DNA from: Oikopleura dioica
Taxonomy: Eukaryota; Animalia; Chordata
Length of the DNA: 64,000 bases
Reading direction: 5' to 3'
Assembly (NCBI GenBank): GCA_907165135.1
Contig: OU015569.1
Span: forward strand, 6,064,769 to 6,128,768
Below, in pieces: positions 63,781 to 64,000 of this stretch; positions within the stretch are counted from its first letter, which is position 1, and every line of letters begins with the position of its first letter. The position numbers were made by a program, and so were the translations under genes. A model generated the notes under the pieces. The model did no database searches, was not told the DNA's origin, and worked only from the letters and a program-made list of their open reading frames with translations.

Positions 63781-64000
63781 AAAATTAACAAAACTTTGCT
63801 TATTCCGGGCGCAGTTAAGTCCTAATCGTTCTTTATGTTCGTAAGAAAGAAAGCTTTTCGAACAGTTCTATGATTGTTGGATATGAGTTCGAAAATTATC
63901 TGAGAGAATAAAAAACAATTAATAAATTTAACTCGCTATTTTAGACCGGATTTAGTGCCTGTCATAAATCCGCGAAAAGAGTTACCCGAAATCGACCTCA

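Overview
This window is eukaryotic nuclear DNA, not prokaryotic. It is densely packed with spliced protein-coding genes whose introns are very short (about 40-60 bp, GT..AG, U-rich before the AG), a style that is nematode-like; I cannot name the species. I can support roughly 35 genes by reading conserved protein motifs from the ORF track and stitching exons by hand. (1) The first is a 5.2-kb plus-strand gene for a plakin/plectin-repeat protein. (2) A long minus-strand run follows: KH (FUBP-like), RRM, NAF1, endophilin, syndapin, a TLC protein, UEV, MAEA, SEC11, FRA10AC1, TMA16, a TGF-beta type I receptor, CCDC47, a MICAL-like CH/NPF protein, sedlin, AP-2 mu, PRP18 and citrate synthase. (3) Also present are a rhomboid protease, HMGB, a C2H2 zinc-finger gene, eIF5A, an RD/RS-rich protein, dynein roadblock, RPL28 and an SLC25A39-type carrier. 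I found no rRNA, tRNA or CRISPR. The points most worth a second look are: the strong single-strand gene orientation with 90-250 bp spacers (operon-like clusters); two long inverted-repeat (MITE/foldback-like) elements that carry TGACGTCA palindromes; a small secreted Cys-rich protein gene not in the ORF track; an unusual hydrophobic N-terminus on the plakin-repeat protein; a long C-terminal tail on the TGF-beta receptor; and an in-frame NAF1/RRM juxtaposition. All gene boundaries are hand-stitched and approximate.
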